From an uncultured Clostridia bacterium (GTDB lineage: Bacteria > Bacillota > Clostridia > Christensenellales > UBA1242), in the NCBI GenBank assembly GCA_944382715.1, contig CALWNC010000003.1, positions 19,856 to 83,855 on the forward strand: 64,000 bases of DNA, in the 5' to 3' direction. Under the pieces are notes generated by a model. That model was given only the letters and a program-made list of their open reading frames with translations. It ran no database searches and was not told the origin of the DNA. Below, piece by piece: positions 26,263 to 37,000 of the stretch. How positions within the stretch are numbered: the stretch's first letter is position 1; every line of letters starts with the position of its first letter. The position numbers and the translations under genes were made by a program.

Positions 26263-26733
26263 ATGTCAAGAAGAAATAGAGCTGTGGTTCGTGATGTTGT
26301 TGCTGACCCTATCTATAATTCAAAAGTTGTAACTAAGGTTATTAACCAAGTTATGCTTGACGGCAAAAGATCTATTGCGCAAAAAGTAGTTTACAGTGCA
26401 ATGGAAACTGCTGGCAAAAAACTTAATGCCGAACCACTTGATGTTTTTACAAAGGCTCTTGAAAATATTAAACCAGTTCTTGAAGTTAAAGCACGTAGAG
26501 TAGGTGGTTCTACTTATCAAGTTCCTATGGAAATTCGTGCTGAAAGAAGACAAACCCTTGCAATTCGTTGGCTCGTTCTCTATGCAAGAGCTAGAAGTGA
26601 AAGAACTATGGCTAACAAACTTGCTGGTGAACTCGTTGATGCTTACAATTCAACTGGTGGTGCGTTTAAAAAGAAAGAAGACGTTCATAGAATGGCTGAG
26701 GCTAACAAGGCTTTCGCTTCTTATCGTTGGTAA
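26263..26733 (+). CDS. rpsG: 30S ribosomal protein S7
   Basis: '[27 protein letters not shown]...[15 protein letters not shown]'. Confidence 0.97.
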   Translation: MSRRNRAVVRDVVADPIYNSKVVTKVINQVMLDGKRSIAQKVVYSAMETAGKKLNAEPLDVFTKALENIKPVLEVKARRVGGSTYQVPMEIRAERRQTLAIRWLVLYARARSERTMANKLAGELVDAYNSTGGAFKKKEDVHRMAEANKAFASYRW

Positions 26734-26880
26734 GCTTTTTCGGGCTTTTTCATAAAAATATTTAAAATTAATTTAAATTTAACTTAAAAATATTTGTTAA
26801 ATTTTTTAAAATTATGTATACTTAAAACATAGGCTGACTAAGAGTTGTCAGCTTAGAAATTTGTTAGGAGAAAATTATTT

Positions 26881-28953
26881 ATGCCTAGAGATTATGCTAT
26901 TGACAAAGTTCGTAACATTGGTATTATGGCTCACATTGATGCCGGTAAAACTACTACCAGTGAAAGAATTTTGTTCTATACAGGTAAAACACATAAAATC
27001 GGTGAAGTTCACGATGGTGCTGCTACCATGGACTGGATGGCACAAGAGCAAGAAAGAGGTATAACCATTACTTCTGCTGCAACAACTTGTATTTGGAAGG
27101 ACCATAAGATTAATCTTATTGATACCCCAGGACACGTTGACTTTACAATGGAAGTTGAGCGTTCACTTCGTGTTCTTGACGGTGCAGTTGAAGTCTTTAC
27201 TGCAAAGGAAGGTGTTCAAGCTCAGTCAATCAAAGTTTGGAATCAAGCAAATAAATATGGTGTTCCTAGAATTGCTTATGTTAACAAAATGGATACTCTC
27301 GGTGCTGACTTTTTCTACGCTGTTAGCCAAATGCACGAAATGCTTGGTGCAAATGCCGTTCCTATTGAACTTCCAATTGGAAAAGAAGATACTTTTGAAG
27401 GTGTTATCGACCTTGTAGAAATGAAAGCCATCTATTTTAGAGATGACGAAGGTAAAATATTTGATATAGTTGATATCCCAGCTGATATGAAAGATTTGGC
27501 TGACGAATATCATCAAAAACTTGTTGAATCTGTAGTTGAATCTGACGATGCTCTTCTTGAAAAATTCTTTAGTGGCGAAGAACTTACAGTTGATGAAATT
27601 AGAAAAGGTATCAGAAAATCTACAATTTCACTTTCAATGCTACCAGTTCTTTGTGGTTCATCTTACAAAAATAAGGGTATTCAAGAACTTCTTGATGCCG
27701 TTGTGTATTATCTTCCAAGCCCTGTGGATATTCCACCTATGGCTGGTAAAGATATGAAGGGTAATGACATTACTTGCCCTGCAGATGATAAAGCTCCACT
27801 TGCTGGTCTTGCATTTAAAATTGCAACTGACCAATTTGGTAGACTTACATTCTTTAGAATTTATTCTGGTAAGATTACTTCAGGTTCTTATGTATTAAAT
27901 ACAACAACTGGAGAAAAAGAAAGAATCAGTAGACTTGTTAGAATGCATTCAAATTCAAGAAGTGAAATTTCTGAAGCTTATGCTGGTGATATCGTTGCTA
28001 TTATTGGTCTTAAAGATACATCTACTGGTGACACACTGTGTGACGAATCTCACCCAGTTCAACTTGAAAATATGGACTACCCAGACCCAGTTATTAGTAT
28101 GGCTATTGAGCCAAAAACAAAGGGTGATCAAGAAAAAATGACCAATGCACTCTTAAAACTTTCTGGCGAGGATCCAAGTTTCCACTTCTCAACAAATAAG
28201 GAAACTGGTCAAACAATCATCGCTGGTATGGGCGAACTTCACTTAAATATTATGGTTGACCGTATGAAGAGAGAATACAACGTTGAATGTAATGTTGGTT
28301 CTCCTCAAGTTGCTTACAAAGAAACACTTCGTGGTTCTATTGAAGCCGTTGGTAAATACATCAGACAATCTGGTGGTAAAGGTCAATATGGTCACTGCGT
28401 TGTTAAGTTTGAAGGTTTGGAACCAGGTGAAGGTTACAAATTTGTCGATGCAACTGTCGGTGGTTCAATTCCAAAGGAATACATTCCAGCAGTTGATAAA
28501 GGTATTAGAGAAGCCGCTCAAAGTGGTGTTCTTGCAGGTTATCCTACAGTAGACTTTAAAGCAACCGTTGTTGACGGTAGTTATCACGAAGTTGACTCTT
28601 CTGAAGCTGCATTCATGATTGCCGGTTCTATGGCATTCAAAGAAGCATTCAAGAAAGGTAATTCAGTAATTCTTGAACCTATTATGAAAGTAGAAGTTCA
28701 AGTTCCAGATAAATATTTGGGAGATGTTCTAGGAGATTTATCTCGTAGACGTGGAAATGTGCTTGGCACAACTCTAAAAAATGGCAACCAAACCATTGAA
28801 GCAGAAGTTCCACTTTCAGAAATGTCTGGATATGTTACTGATTTGAGATCACTCACACAAGGTCGTGGTGACTCAAGTATGGAACCATGTAAATATGCAG
28901 AAGTTCCAAGAAATATCGCTGAGAAAATAATCGGCGAACGTGCTAAAAACTAA
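26881..28953 (+). CDS. fusA: Elongation factor G
   Basis: '[21 protein letters not shown]', '[11 protein letters not shown]' and 'NKMD'. Position is after rpsG. Confidence 0.97.
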   Translation: MPRDYAIDKVRNIGIMAHIDAGKTTTSERILFYTGKTHKIGEVHDGAATMDWMAQEQERGITITSAATTCIWKDHKINLIDTPGHVDFTMEVERSLRVLDGAVEVFTAKEGVQAQSIKVWNQANKYGVPRIAYVNKMDTLGADFFYAVSQMHEMLGANAVPIELPIGKEDTFEGVIDLVEMKAIYFRDDEGKIFDIVDIPADMKDLADEYHQKLVESVVESDDALLEKFFSGEELTVDEIRKGIRKSTISLSMLPVLCGSSYKNKGIQELLDAVVYYLPSPVDIPPMAGKDMKGNDITCPADDKAPLAGLAFKIATDQFGRLTFFRIYSGKITSGSYVLNTTTGEKERISRLVRMHSNSRSEISEAYAGDIVAIIGLKDTSTGDTLCDESHPVQLENMDYPDPVISMAIEPKTKGDQEKMTNALLKLSGEDPSFHFSTNKETGQTIIAGMGELHLNIMVDRMKREYNVECNVGSPQVAYKETLRGSIEAVGKYIRQSGGKGQYGHCVVKFEGLEPGEGYKFVDATVGGSIPKEYIPAVDKGIREAAQSGVLAGYPTVDFKATVVDGSYHEVDSSEAAFMIAGSMAFKEAFKKGNSVILEPIMKVEVQVPDKYLGDVLGDLSRRRGNVLGTTLKNGNQTIEAEVPLSEMSGYVTDLRSLTQGRGDSSMEPCKYAEVPRNIAEKIIGERAKN

Positions 28954-28991
28954 AAGCTAAAAATTTAAAATAAAAAGGAGATAAAAAATTT

Positions 28992-30200
28992 ATGGCAAAA
29001 GCTAAATTTGAATCAAAAAAATCACACGTAAACATTGGTACAATTGGCCATGTAGATCATGGTAAAACCACACTTACAGCTGCTATCACAATGATTCAAG
29101 CACACAAATTCGGTGGTGAATCAAAGGATTACGGCCAAATTGACTCAGCTCCAGAAGAAAGAGCAAGAGGTATCACAATCAATACTGCACACGTTGAGTA
29201 TGAAACAGATAATCGTCACTATGCACACGTAGACTGCCCAGGACACGCAGACTATGTTAAAAATATGATTACTGGTGCTGCTCAAATGGACGGTGCTATT
29301 TTGGTTGTTGCTGCAACTGATGGTGTTATGCCTCAAACTCGTGAACACATTTTGCTTGCTCGTCAAGTAGGTGTTCCTAGAATCGTTGTATTTATGAACA
29401 AAATTGACCAACTTGGTGGCGACACAGAACTTGCTGACCTTGTAGAAATGGAAGTTCGTGAACTTCTTTCTAAGTATGAATATGATGGAGATAACACTCC
29501 AATTATCCGTGGTTCAGCTTACCTTGCACTTGAAGCAGCAAAAGCTGGCAACTTTGATAGTCCAGACTGCAAGTGCATTGACGAACTTATGGAAGCTGTT
29601 GATAACTGGATTCCAACTCCAGATAGAGCAACTGATCAACCATTCTTAATGCCAATTGAAGACGTATTCACAATCACCGGTCGTGGTACTGTTGTTACTG
29701 GTAGAGTTGAAAGAGGTACTCTTAAAAATGGTGACACAGTAGAAATCGTTGGTCTTGAAGATAAGCCAAAGACTTCTGTAGTTACTGGTATTGAAATGTT
29801 CAGAAAAACTCTTGATGAAGCTATCGCTGGTTACAACGTTGGTGTTCTTTTAAGAGGTATTGATAGAACAGATGTTCAAAGAGGACAAATCCTTGCTAAA
29901 CCAGGAACAATTCATCCACACACAGAATTTGAAGCACAAGTTTATGTTTTGACAAAAGAAGAAGGTGGTCGTCATACAGCATTCTTTAATAACTATCGTC
30001 CACAATTCTATTTCAGAACAACTGACGTTACAGGTTCTATTGTTCTTCCAGAAGGAACAGAAATGGTAATGCCTGGTGACCACACAAAGATGACAGTATC
30101 TCTTATCGCTCCAGTAGCTATTGAAGAAGGTCTTCGTTTCGCTATTCGTGAAGGTGGAAGAACTGTAGGTTCTGGTGTTGTTTCAAAAATTATTAAATAG
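28992..30200 (+). CDS. tuf: Elongation factor Tu
   Basis: '[19 protein letters not shown]', '[26 protein letters not shown]' and 'NKID'. Confidence 0.97.
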   Translation: MAKAKFESKKSHVNIGTIGHVDHGKTTLTAAITMIQAHKFGGESKDYGQIDSAPEERARGITINTAHVEYETDNRHYAHVDCPGHADYVKNMITGAAQMDGAILVVAATDGVMPQTREHILLARQVGVPRIVVFMNKIDQLGGDTELADLVEMEVRELLSKYEYDGDNTPIIRGSAYLALEAAKAGNFDSPDCKCIDELMEAVDNWIPTPDRATDQPFLMPIEDVFTITGRGTVVTGRVERGTLKNGDTVEIVGLEDKPKTSVVTGIEMFRKTLDEAIAGYNVGVLLRGIDRTDVQRGQILAKPGTIHPHTEFEAQVYVLTKEEGGRHTAFFNNYRPQFYFRTTDVTGSIVLPEGTEMVMPGDHTKMTVSLIAPVAIEEGLRFAIREGGRTVGSGVVSKIIK

Positions 30201-30240
30201 TTTTTGAATAATCAAACTTTACAATAAAATTTAAATAAAA

Positions 30241-30288
30241 AATCTAAACTAGTATTACTTAAAGGTAATTATTGGTTTAGATTTTTTT
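30241..30288 (+). terminator. Rho-independent terminator after tuf
   Basis: AATCTAAAC / GTTTAGATT outer stem with inner pairing, followed by a T7 run. Confidence 0.6.
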
Positions 30289-30312
30289 ATTAAAATATTA
30301 AATAATTAAAAA

Positions 30313-31092
30313 GTGAGGGAAAAATTGAAAACAGTTAGTATTTTATCTAGTGAAAATTGTAAACTCAGTGCAGTGTATAATGAGTTTGATGACAATGACT
30401 GTGTAATAATGTGTCATGGGATAAAAGGTAACAAAACGGAAAAGGGGAATTTTTTACTTTTAGAGAACAAGCTAAATAGTGCAGGAATCTCATCAATTCG
30501 TTTTGATTTTCGTGCCCATAATGAAAGTGAGGGGGAGTTTGTAAATCTTACTGTTAGTGCAGAAATTCAAGATCTTGAAAATGTAATTAATTTTGCAATT
30601 TCTAGGGGAAAAACTAATATAATTTTACTTGGTGCAAGTTTTGGTGGAAGTATAGTTGCACTTTTAGACTTTGAAAAATTTAAATCAGTTTCTGCATTAA
30701 TTTTTTGGTATCCAGCACTTAGATATGATACATCAACATTATTTTCAGCTCAAGATTTTAAAGATGCTGAAACCATAGGTTATATTGAAAAGTGGAACTC
30801 AGCTCACACCAAAAGTTATAAGTTTGGAAAAGAATTTCTTCGCGAAAGAAAAACTTTTAAGCCGTGGGAAAGGGTAATAAATTGTAGTTTGCCAAAACTA
30901 TTTTTGCATGGTGATGCAGACAAAGATACAGATTTGTTTCAAAATTCTATTCAGATTTCGGCAAAATCTCCAAATTCTAAACTTAAAATCTTAAATGGCT
31001 TAGACCATTGCTTTGTTGGTAATGAAAAAGTAAGATTAGAAGCAATAAATATTACATTTGATTTTATCAAAAGTGCAATTAAAAAAAATTAA
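30313..31092 (+). CDS. Alpha/beta-fold hydrolase
   Basis: Nucleophile elbow 'GASFGGS', 'HGDADKD' and 'LDHCF' (Ser-Asp-His order). The real start may be the TTG at 30325, behind GAGGG. Confidence 0.7.
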   Translation: MREKLKTVSILSSENCKLSAVYNEFDDNDCVIMCHGIKGNKTEKGNFLLLENKLNSAGISSIRFDFRAHNESEGEFVNLTVSAEIQDLENVINFAISRGKTNIILLGASFGGSIVALLDFEKFKSVSALIFWYPALRYDTSTLFSAQDFKDAETIGYIEKWNSAHTKSYKFGKEFLRERKTFKPWERVINCSLPKLFLHGDADKDTDLFQNSIQISAKSPNSKLKILNGLDHCFVGNEKVRLEAINITFDFIKSAIKKN

Positions 31093-31319
31093 TTATATTT
31101 TAAACGCAAATTTTTAATAAAATTATTTATTATAAATCTTATAATTTTAGTTAGTCTTCAAGTACAAACACATTTTTAATCAAAAGCCTTTATTTGTAAA
31201 TTTTATTACCCAAGAAAAAATCTTGCTTTTTAAATTTTTACTGCACATAATATAATAATAAAGGTAAGTATTGACTTTTTATATGGACATGTTATAATAT
31301 TATTATAATGAGGTGAAAA

Positions 31320-32075
31320 ATGAAAAAGAATTTAAGATTTATGTATGATGGATATGGAGATGACAGAGAGCATGAAGAATATAGAGAGATTACTATGTAT
31401 GTAGAAGATGAGGTACAAAGAAAGCTAGAAGAAGTTCTTTCAAAAGACAAAGAAGCTGTTGAACTTAATGAGAAAATGAAAGAAAATAATAAGACTTACT
31501 TTGATAAAAATAATGAGTCTTTGTTTCAGAGCGACTATGGCTTTACTGACGATTGGGGAGAAGATTACCCTGATTATTGTTTCAATCAGTCAAAATATGA
31601 TTCTTACTTAAAATATGTTCATAATTTTCCTGAAATTTTGGACAAATTAAATCAAGAAAAGGCAAAGCTTGAAAGTGGATTTCACTTTAATAAAAAGAAA
31701 AAACTTGCCGACATTGCCTATAGAATTGAAGAAGCACACAAAATTAGAGAAGCTTGTTTGAAAGTTTACGAGAGAGAAAAACGCTTTAAAGAAACTTGGT
31801 ATAAAGACGGCAAATTTGTTGACTTAAATGCTGAATATAAAGAAAAATTGAATGAAATCAAGAACAGATATGTAAAGCAACTAGCTGAAGAATGTATAGA
31901 TAGACACCCTGAACTTATGATGTATGAATTTGAGGGGACACACTTGACACCATTGGTTGAAAAAGCTATTACTGAGGCACAAAAAACGAGGACACTTTCT
32001 ACTGAAAAAACTAAAAAGGCTAAAGAAACGGAAAAAGTTAACGAAGAAGAAGTTTCAACAATGGGAATGGAATAA
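31320..32075 (+). CDS. Hypothetical K/E-rich protein (251 aa)
   Basis: SD GAGGTGA precedes the ATG. No recognised motif. Confidence 0.55.
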   Translation: MKKNLRFMYDGYGDDREHEEYREITMYVEDEVQRKLEEVLSKDKEAVELNEKMKENNKTYFDKNNESLFQSDYGFTDDWGEDYPDYCFNQSKYDSYLKYVHNFPEILDKLNQEKAKLESGFHFNKKKKLADIAYRIEEAHKIREACLKVYEREKRFKETWYKDGKFVDLNAEYKEKLNEIKNRYVKQLAEECIDRHPELMMYEFEGTHLTPLVEKAITEAQKTRTLSTEKTKKAKETEKVNEEEVSTMGME

Positions 32076-32081
32076 AAATTA

Positions 32082-32140
32082 AAACTAAATCAAATGATCT
32101 AATTATAAAATTAATAATTGTTTGATTTAGTTTTTTTTGA
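32082..32140 (+). terminator. Rho-independent terminator (long-loop hairpin)
   Basis: AAACTAAATCAAA (32082-32094) pairs with TTTGATTTAGTTT (32121-32133), then a T-run. Confidence 0.5.
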
Positions 32141-32777
32141 GTAGGAAAACAATTATATGCTAAAAGATAAGCTTTTTTGTCAAATCAAAATTGATTATAT
32201 GTAAATTTTTAATGTATATTTTTTTATTAATACTTAAAAATTTGGCAAAAAATTATAATCAAAAAATGAAGCTTAAAGCGAATGGCAGTAAAACTATAAA
32301 CAATCAAACACATAATATTAATGTTTATAAAAATACCAAAGTTAAAAATTAATACTAAAAGTGATACATAGAAATAACCATAATACTAAAAGTTCAATAT
32401 AAAAATCCCGACTAAAAACTAACACATAAAGTGTATTAAAATTAAAGATAATATTAATAAATTTAAAAAACATTTTTGTTAAAAACTTAAGGCAAAAATT
32501 AATATTAAAAAGTGCATAACAATAAAAATTTTTATCTTAGAAATGTTATTTATCTAGTTATTTGTTTTTATGATTAAAATTTATTTTACTTATTTTATAA
32601 TTTAAAATGTAAAATTTAAATCTTTAATTTAAAAATGCAATTTAATATTATAATCTAAATATAATTGGGCTTATATTTTGATTTTTGATTAGAATTTGCA
32701 GTTTTTTATGCTTGATATATTAAATTTTATTATTTAAGATGCAAAATACTGCAATTCTATGTCAAAATTTATAGAAT

Positions 32778-33740
32778 TTACATAAAAATATTATTAAAAA
32801 ACTTTGAAATAATTTTGTTTCCAAATAAAATCATTAAAATAAAGGCATAAAGAAAACATATAATTATAAAGTAATTAGTATTAATAAAAAGAAAAGGTTT
32901 CATTGGTACAATTTTAAGTAAAAAAGAATGTAAGATATATATTGGCATTGTGTTTTGTCCAAGTTTAGTTATTGGAAAATTTTTATTGGGAATAAGTAGC
33001 ACAAGCAATAAAATTATAGAAAACGAGATTGCCATAAGCCCAATTCTTATAAGGACATTAAAATTCCCCATATTATATGAGTATGACCCATATAGAGCTG
33101 ATATTGGTGGGTCAAGTATTAAAATTATACCTAAAATTAGAAAAAATACAGAAAATATCGCAATATTTATAAATATTTTGCAGTTATTTAAATTATTTAA
33201 ACAATTAATGTGGGTATTAAATTTCTTACTTTTTCCAAGATAAAAGCCCAATACAAAAAATGGATAAAAGTAAAACATTCTTTGTAATGATAAGAAATAG
33301 CCCAAAAAGTCTACAAATCCAGCACCAAGCGAAAGTATAATTGATAGAATAAAAATCAAAATCTTTTTTGTTTTAGATTTTGTATTAATTATGGGAATAC
33401 TAAAGTAATAGATTATTATTACAAATAAATACCACAAAACCCATTCAGGTGAAAGGTATGATTTTAGGGTGTTAAAAGCTATAAGGTAATATATAATCCA
33501 AAATGATTGAAAATAAAAATAGGGTATAATAAATTTTTTTAGTAAAGAAGAAAAATTAAATTTTGCAAAGTAGCCAGATATAAAGATAAATGTGGGCATA
33601 TGAAAAGAATATATTACAGTGTATAGGTATCTTGTAATTTCACTATTTAAGGAAAACTCTAAAAGATGCCCAGTAATAACAAAAAACATTAACAGAAATT
33701 TGAGATTATCAAACTTGTAATTTCTAGTACTTATACACAT
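32778..33740 (-). CDS. Acyltransferase family 3 membrane protein (O-acyltransferase-like)
   Basis: N-terminal 'RNYKFDNLKFLLMFFVITGHL' (R..DxxK...H motif), 'HMPTFIFISGYF', and ~10 TM helices. Confidence 0.7.
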   Translation of the reverse strand: MCISTRNYKFDNLKFLLMFFVITGHLLEFSLNSEITRYLYTVIYSFHMPTFIFISGYFAKFNFSSLLKKFIIPYFYFQSFWIIYYLIAFNTLKSYLSPEWVLWYLFVIIIYYFSIPIINTKSKTKKILIFILSIILSLGAGFVDFLGYFLSLQRMFYFYPFFVLGFYLGKSKKFNTHINCLNNLNNCKIFINIAIFSVFFLILGIILILDPPISALYGSYSYNMGNFNVLIRIGLMAISFSIILLLVLLIPNKNFPITKLGQNTMPIYILHSFLLKIVPMKPFLFINTNYFIIICFLYAFILMILFGNKIISKFFNNIFM

Positions 33741-34017
33741 TTTTCCAACTATATATTAACACAATTTGCACACAAAAACAAATTTATAAAATTCAATTAA
33801 TTAAATTTATTAGCTCTTACAAATTGGTTTACTTTTTTTGATTTTATATAAGTTTTTAATTTAAAAATTAATTGCAACAAATAAGGTATTTAATTATACT
33901 AGAATTAGAAATAAATATTAAATTTGAAGTGAGTAGTAAACAAATTATTTAAAAAAATCGCAAACTATTAGTTCAAGCTTTAAAATTTATAAAAAACACA
34001 AAATGGAGAAATAAAGT

Positions 34018-37000
34018 ATGAAAAGTCTCAATAAAATATTTTCCTTTTTATTTTTAGTTGTGTCATCGTTTCTTTGCTATGTAATGGTTAATTCTAATAC
34101 GACAAATGAAATTGTTGTTGCCGATGGCACGAATAAATTGACCTGTGAAGTTGCTTCTGATAACTTATTAAACGACAATGAATATGTTAGTTTTTATAAA
34201 CTTACAAATGATTTGATTGAGAGTTACTCGGCAATAGGTGGTGGTACAAATCTTTCAAATGCGTTTGACGGGAATTGGAATACCTACTGGCAAACGGCAA
34301 CTGAAAATTCGGGCACTTTTAAAAATGACATCGTAGTTAACTTTAAAACGGAAGTGATAATAGACAGAATATTATATGCATCATCATCTGCAAGACTTGG
34401 TCATGGATATCCTACAATTTTAAACATTTATATTGCTTCGTCAAGTGACGATGAACTTGAGCTTTATGGCACGGTAAATAGCAGTGCAACAAATAGTAGA
34501 GTAGTATTTTATTTTGATAGCCCACAAGTAGTAAAATCATTAAAATTCGAATTTTATGAAGTTAATACAATGCACAACTGGGTTGCAACTTGCAAAGAAT
34601 TGCAGTTTTTAACGCCAGAATCGGCAGAATGTGAAGTAATTAGAAGTGGCGAAATTTTTACAGATTACACTCAGACTTCACTTGCTGATGAATATAAAAG
34701 CACGCAGGCTATTGACAGTTTGGCTGAAAGCACTAAGGACTTACCAAATTTTGACAGTGCAATTTCTCCAATACTTGACAGAGCAAGGGCGATTATTGAT
34801 GGATATGTAACTTTTGACACTCGCAGAGAATTTTCTACAAGTAGCACAGCAACTAATCAGATAATGCAGTGGGGAGATATGCGTGCATACGCATCAAACA
34901 CTCTTCAAATGTCATCTTTTGGAATAAACAGACAAGTTAGTGGAATAGCTGGACTTGCAGGTGAACAAATTGTGATTTATGTTGAGGCTGATGAAGGTGA
35001 CCCACTGCCATCAATTGCATTTACCCAAAGCTATGGAGCTTGGCAGAGTTGGAAAAGTGAGGTAAAACTTTCGCGTGGTAAAAATGTGTTTACTTTTCCA
35101 AATTTAATTACTTCAAATTATAGTAAAGAGGTTGTTGCGGGGGGACCTATTCATATAATTAATCCATACCTTCCTTCCGAGCAGTCGTCAAATGTAAAGA
35201 TTTACATTGAAGGTGGAAATTTTTATCCAGTATTTAGAGATGGCGATGATGAAACAAGTTTTAAAATGTATCTTGAAGATTACACCAACAAGCTTAATGA
35301 TGCAAGTAATCTAAGTGTTCAGTTAGATGTTTTTGAGGTGGTCTGTGACAATGTAATATTATCTTCGCTTTCAAGTTTGGCATATAACAGTTATATTGTT
35401 AATGGAAATTCACCACAAAAAAACTGTGATACTTGGAATGACTATATGTACAAACTCATAACATTTGCAGGTGTTTCATTTGATGAAAACGATGAAAATT
35501 ATAATGAAAGGAATACGCATCTTTATACAAATATTAGAGTGGTTCAACCATGGCCGGGAGCATATGCCTTTGCGGCTGACGACCACATTGGCATAATTGA
35601 TTCAAGCACATTTCATCAACTTGTAAATAAGGCAATAACTGGCTGGGCATTTGCTCATGAAATTGGTCATGCCCTTGACAACAATCAAAGAACTTGGGGT
35701 GAAGTTACAAACAATATGTGGGCATATTATGATGCATTACTTGAAGGCGACTATGATAGGCTCCCTTTAAATCAGGTTTACTTGCAGTTATCTTCTGATT
35801 TTACGCTGACAAATTCGGCTTTTCAATCTTTTGGTGATAACTGTGTTATCTGGATGAGCATTGAAGCTGGATTTCCAGGCTACTGGGGAAATCTTGAAAA
35901 CAAATATAGGTTTGAAACGACAGGGAAAAATCTGGGCAGAACAGAAAGAATGATTTACTATTCTTCTCTTGCAACGGGTTATGACCTTTCAAGCTACTTT
36001 GAAAGGTGGGGTTTTTATATGAATAGTGATGGAACTTACAGTGCAAGTAACCGCTTTACTACTGGTGGTGCTTCGTCAACTTTCACAGAACTTATGCAAG
36101 AGGCAATAGCTTCAAATAAAATAAATACTGAAATAAAAAAACTTTGGTATCTTGACACCAATCAGTTTGTATATTTGTTTGCAAATGACTATAAGCTTGG
36201 CGACTGGGCAAGCCTTTATAACGAAAACACTACCACTGAGATATTGGAAATTGTAGAGACTAATGGAAGTTATACTTTATATTTGCCAGATGTCAGTGAT
36301 ATTGCACACCTTGGCTATGAAATTTCAGTAAAAATTGGTGATGAATTTAAAGTTGTTGGTTTTACTTATGGCTCTAGTTTTACAGACACTACTAGTTATG
36401 ACACTACTCCAACATACAAAGTCTGCGCCTATGATAGATGCTTAAATACAACGGCTTATGTTGAAAAATCATATATTCAGGTATCTGATGAAAATGTATG
36501 TATGGTTAATGATACATATTTTAATTCAATATCAGACGCAGTAAGTAGTGCAAGCGCAGGTGACACGATATATCTTCTAAAGAGTACTAGAGAAAGTGGC
36601 ATTGTTATTGATAAAAACTTAACACTCACAGTTGCAGATGGGATTACCGAAGATATAATAGTTTATAGACTTGGCATAGGTGATTTATTTGTAATAAATA
36701 GTGGTGCTACTCTTACGGCTTATGGAACTGACAATGCCAAATTAATTATAGATGGAGATAATATTACTCAGTCGGGAACTTTAATAAGCGTTAGTGGAAC
36801 TTTGATTATAACTGGCAATACAATTTTGCAAAATAATATTTGTACGGGCAGTGGTGGTGCTATTTTTGCAAAAGGTGAGGTTAGACTTACAAATGTTGAG
36901 ATTAGAAATAACAAAGCCGTGAATGGTGGCGCAGTTTCTGGAAATAATGTTAGAACTTACTATACAAATGTTGTCTTTTCGGGCAATACTGCTACAAGCA

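Noticed and set aside
26861-28552. Numerous short shifted-frame ORFs inside fusA, with similar ones inside tuf, rpoB, rpoC, gatA and gatB.
   Set aside because: They are all nested in conserved housekeeping CDSs and have no independent signals.
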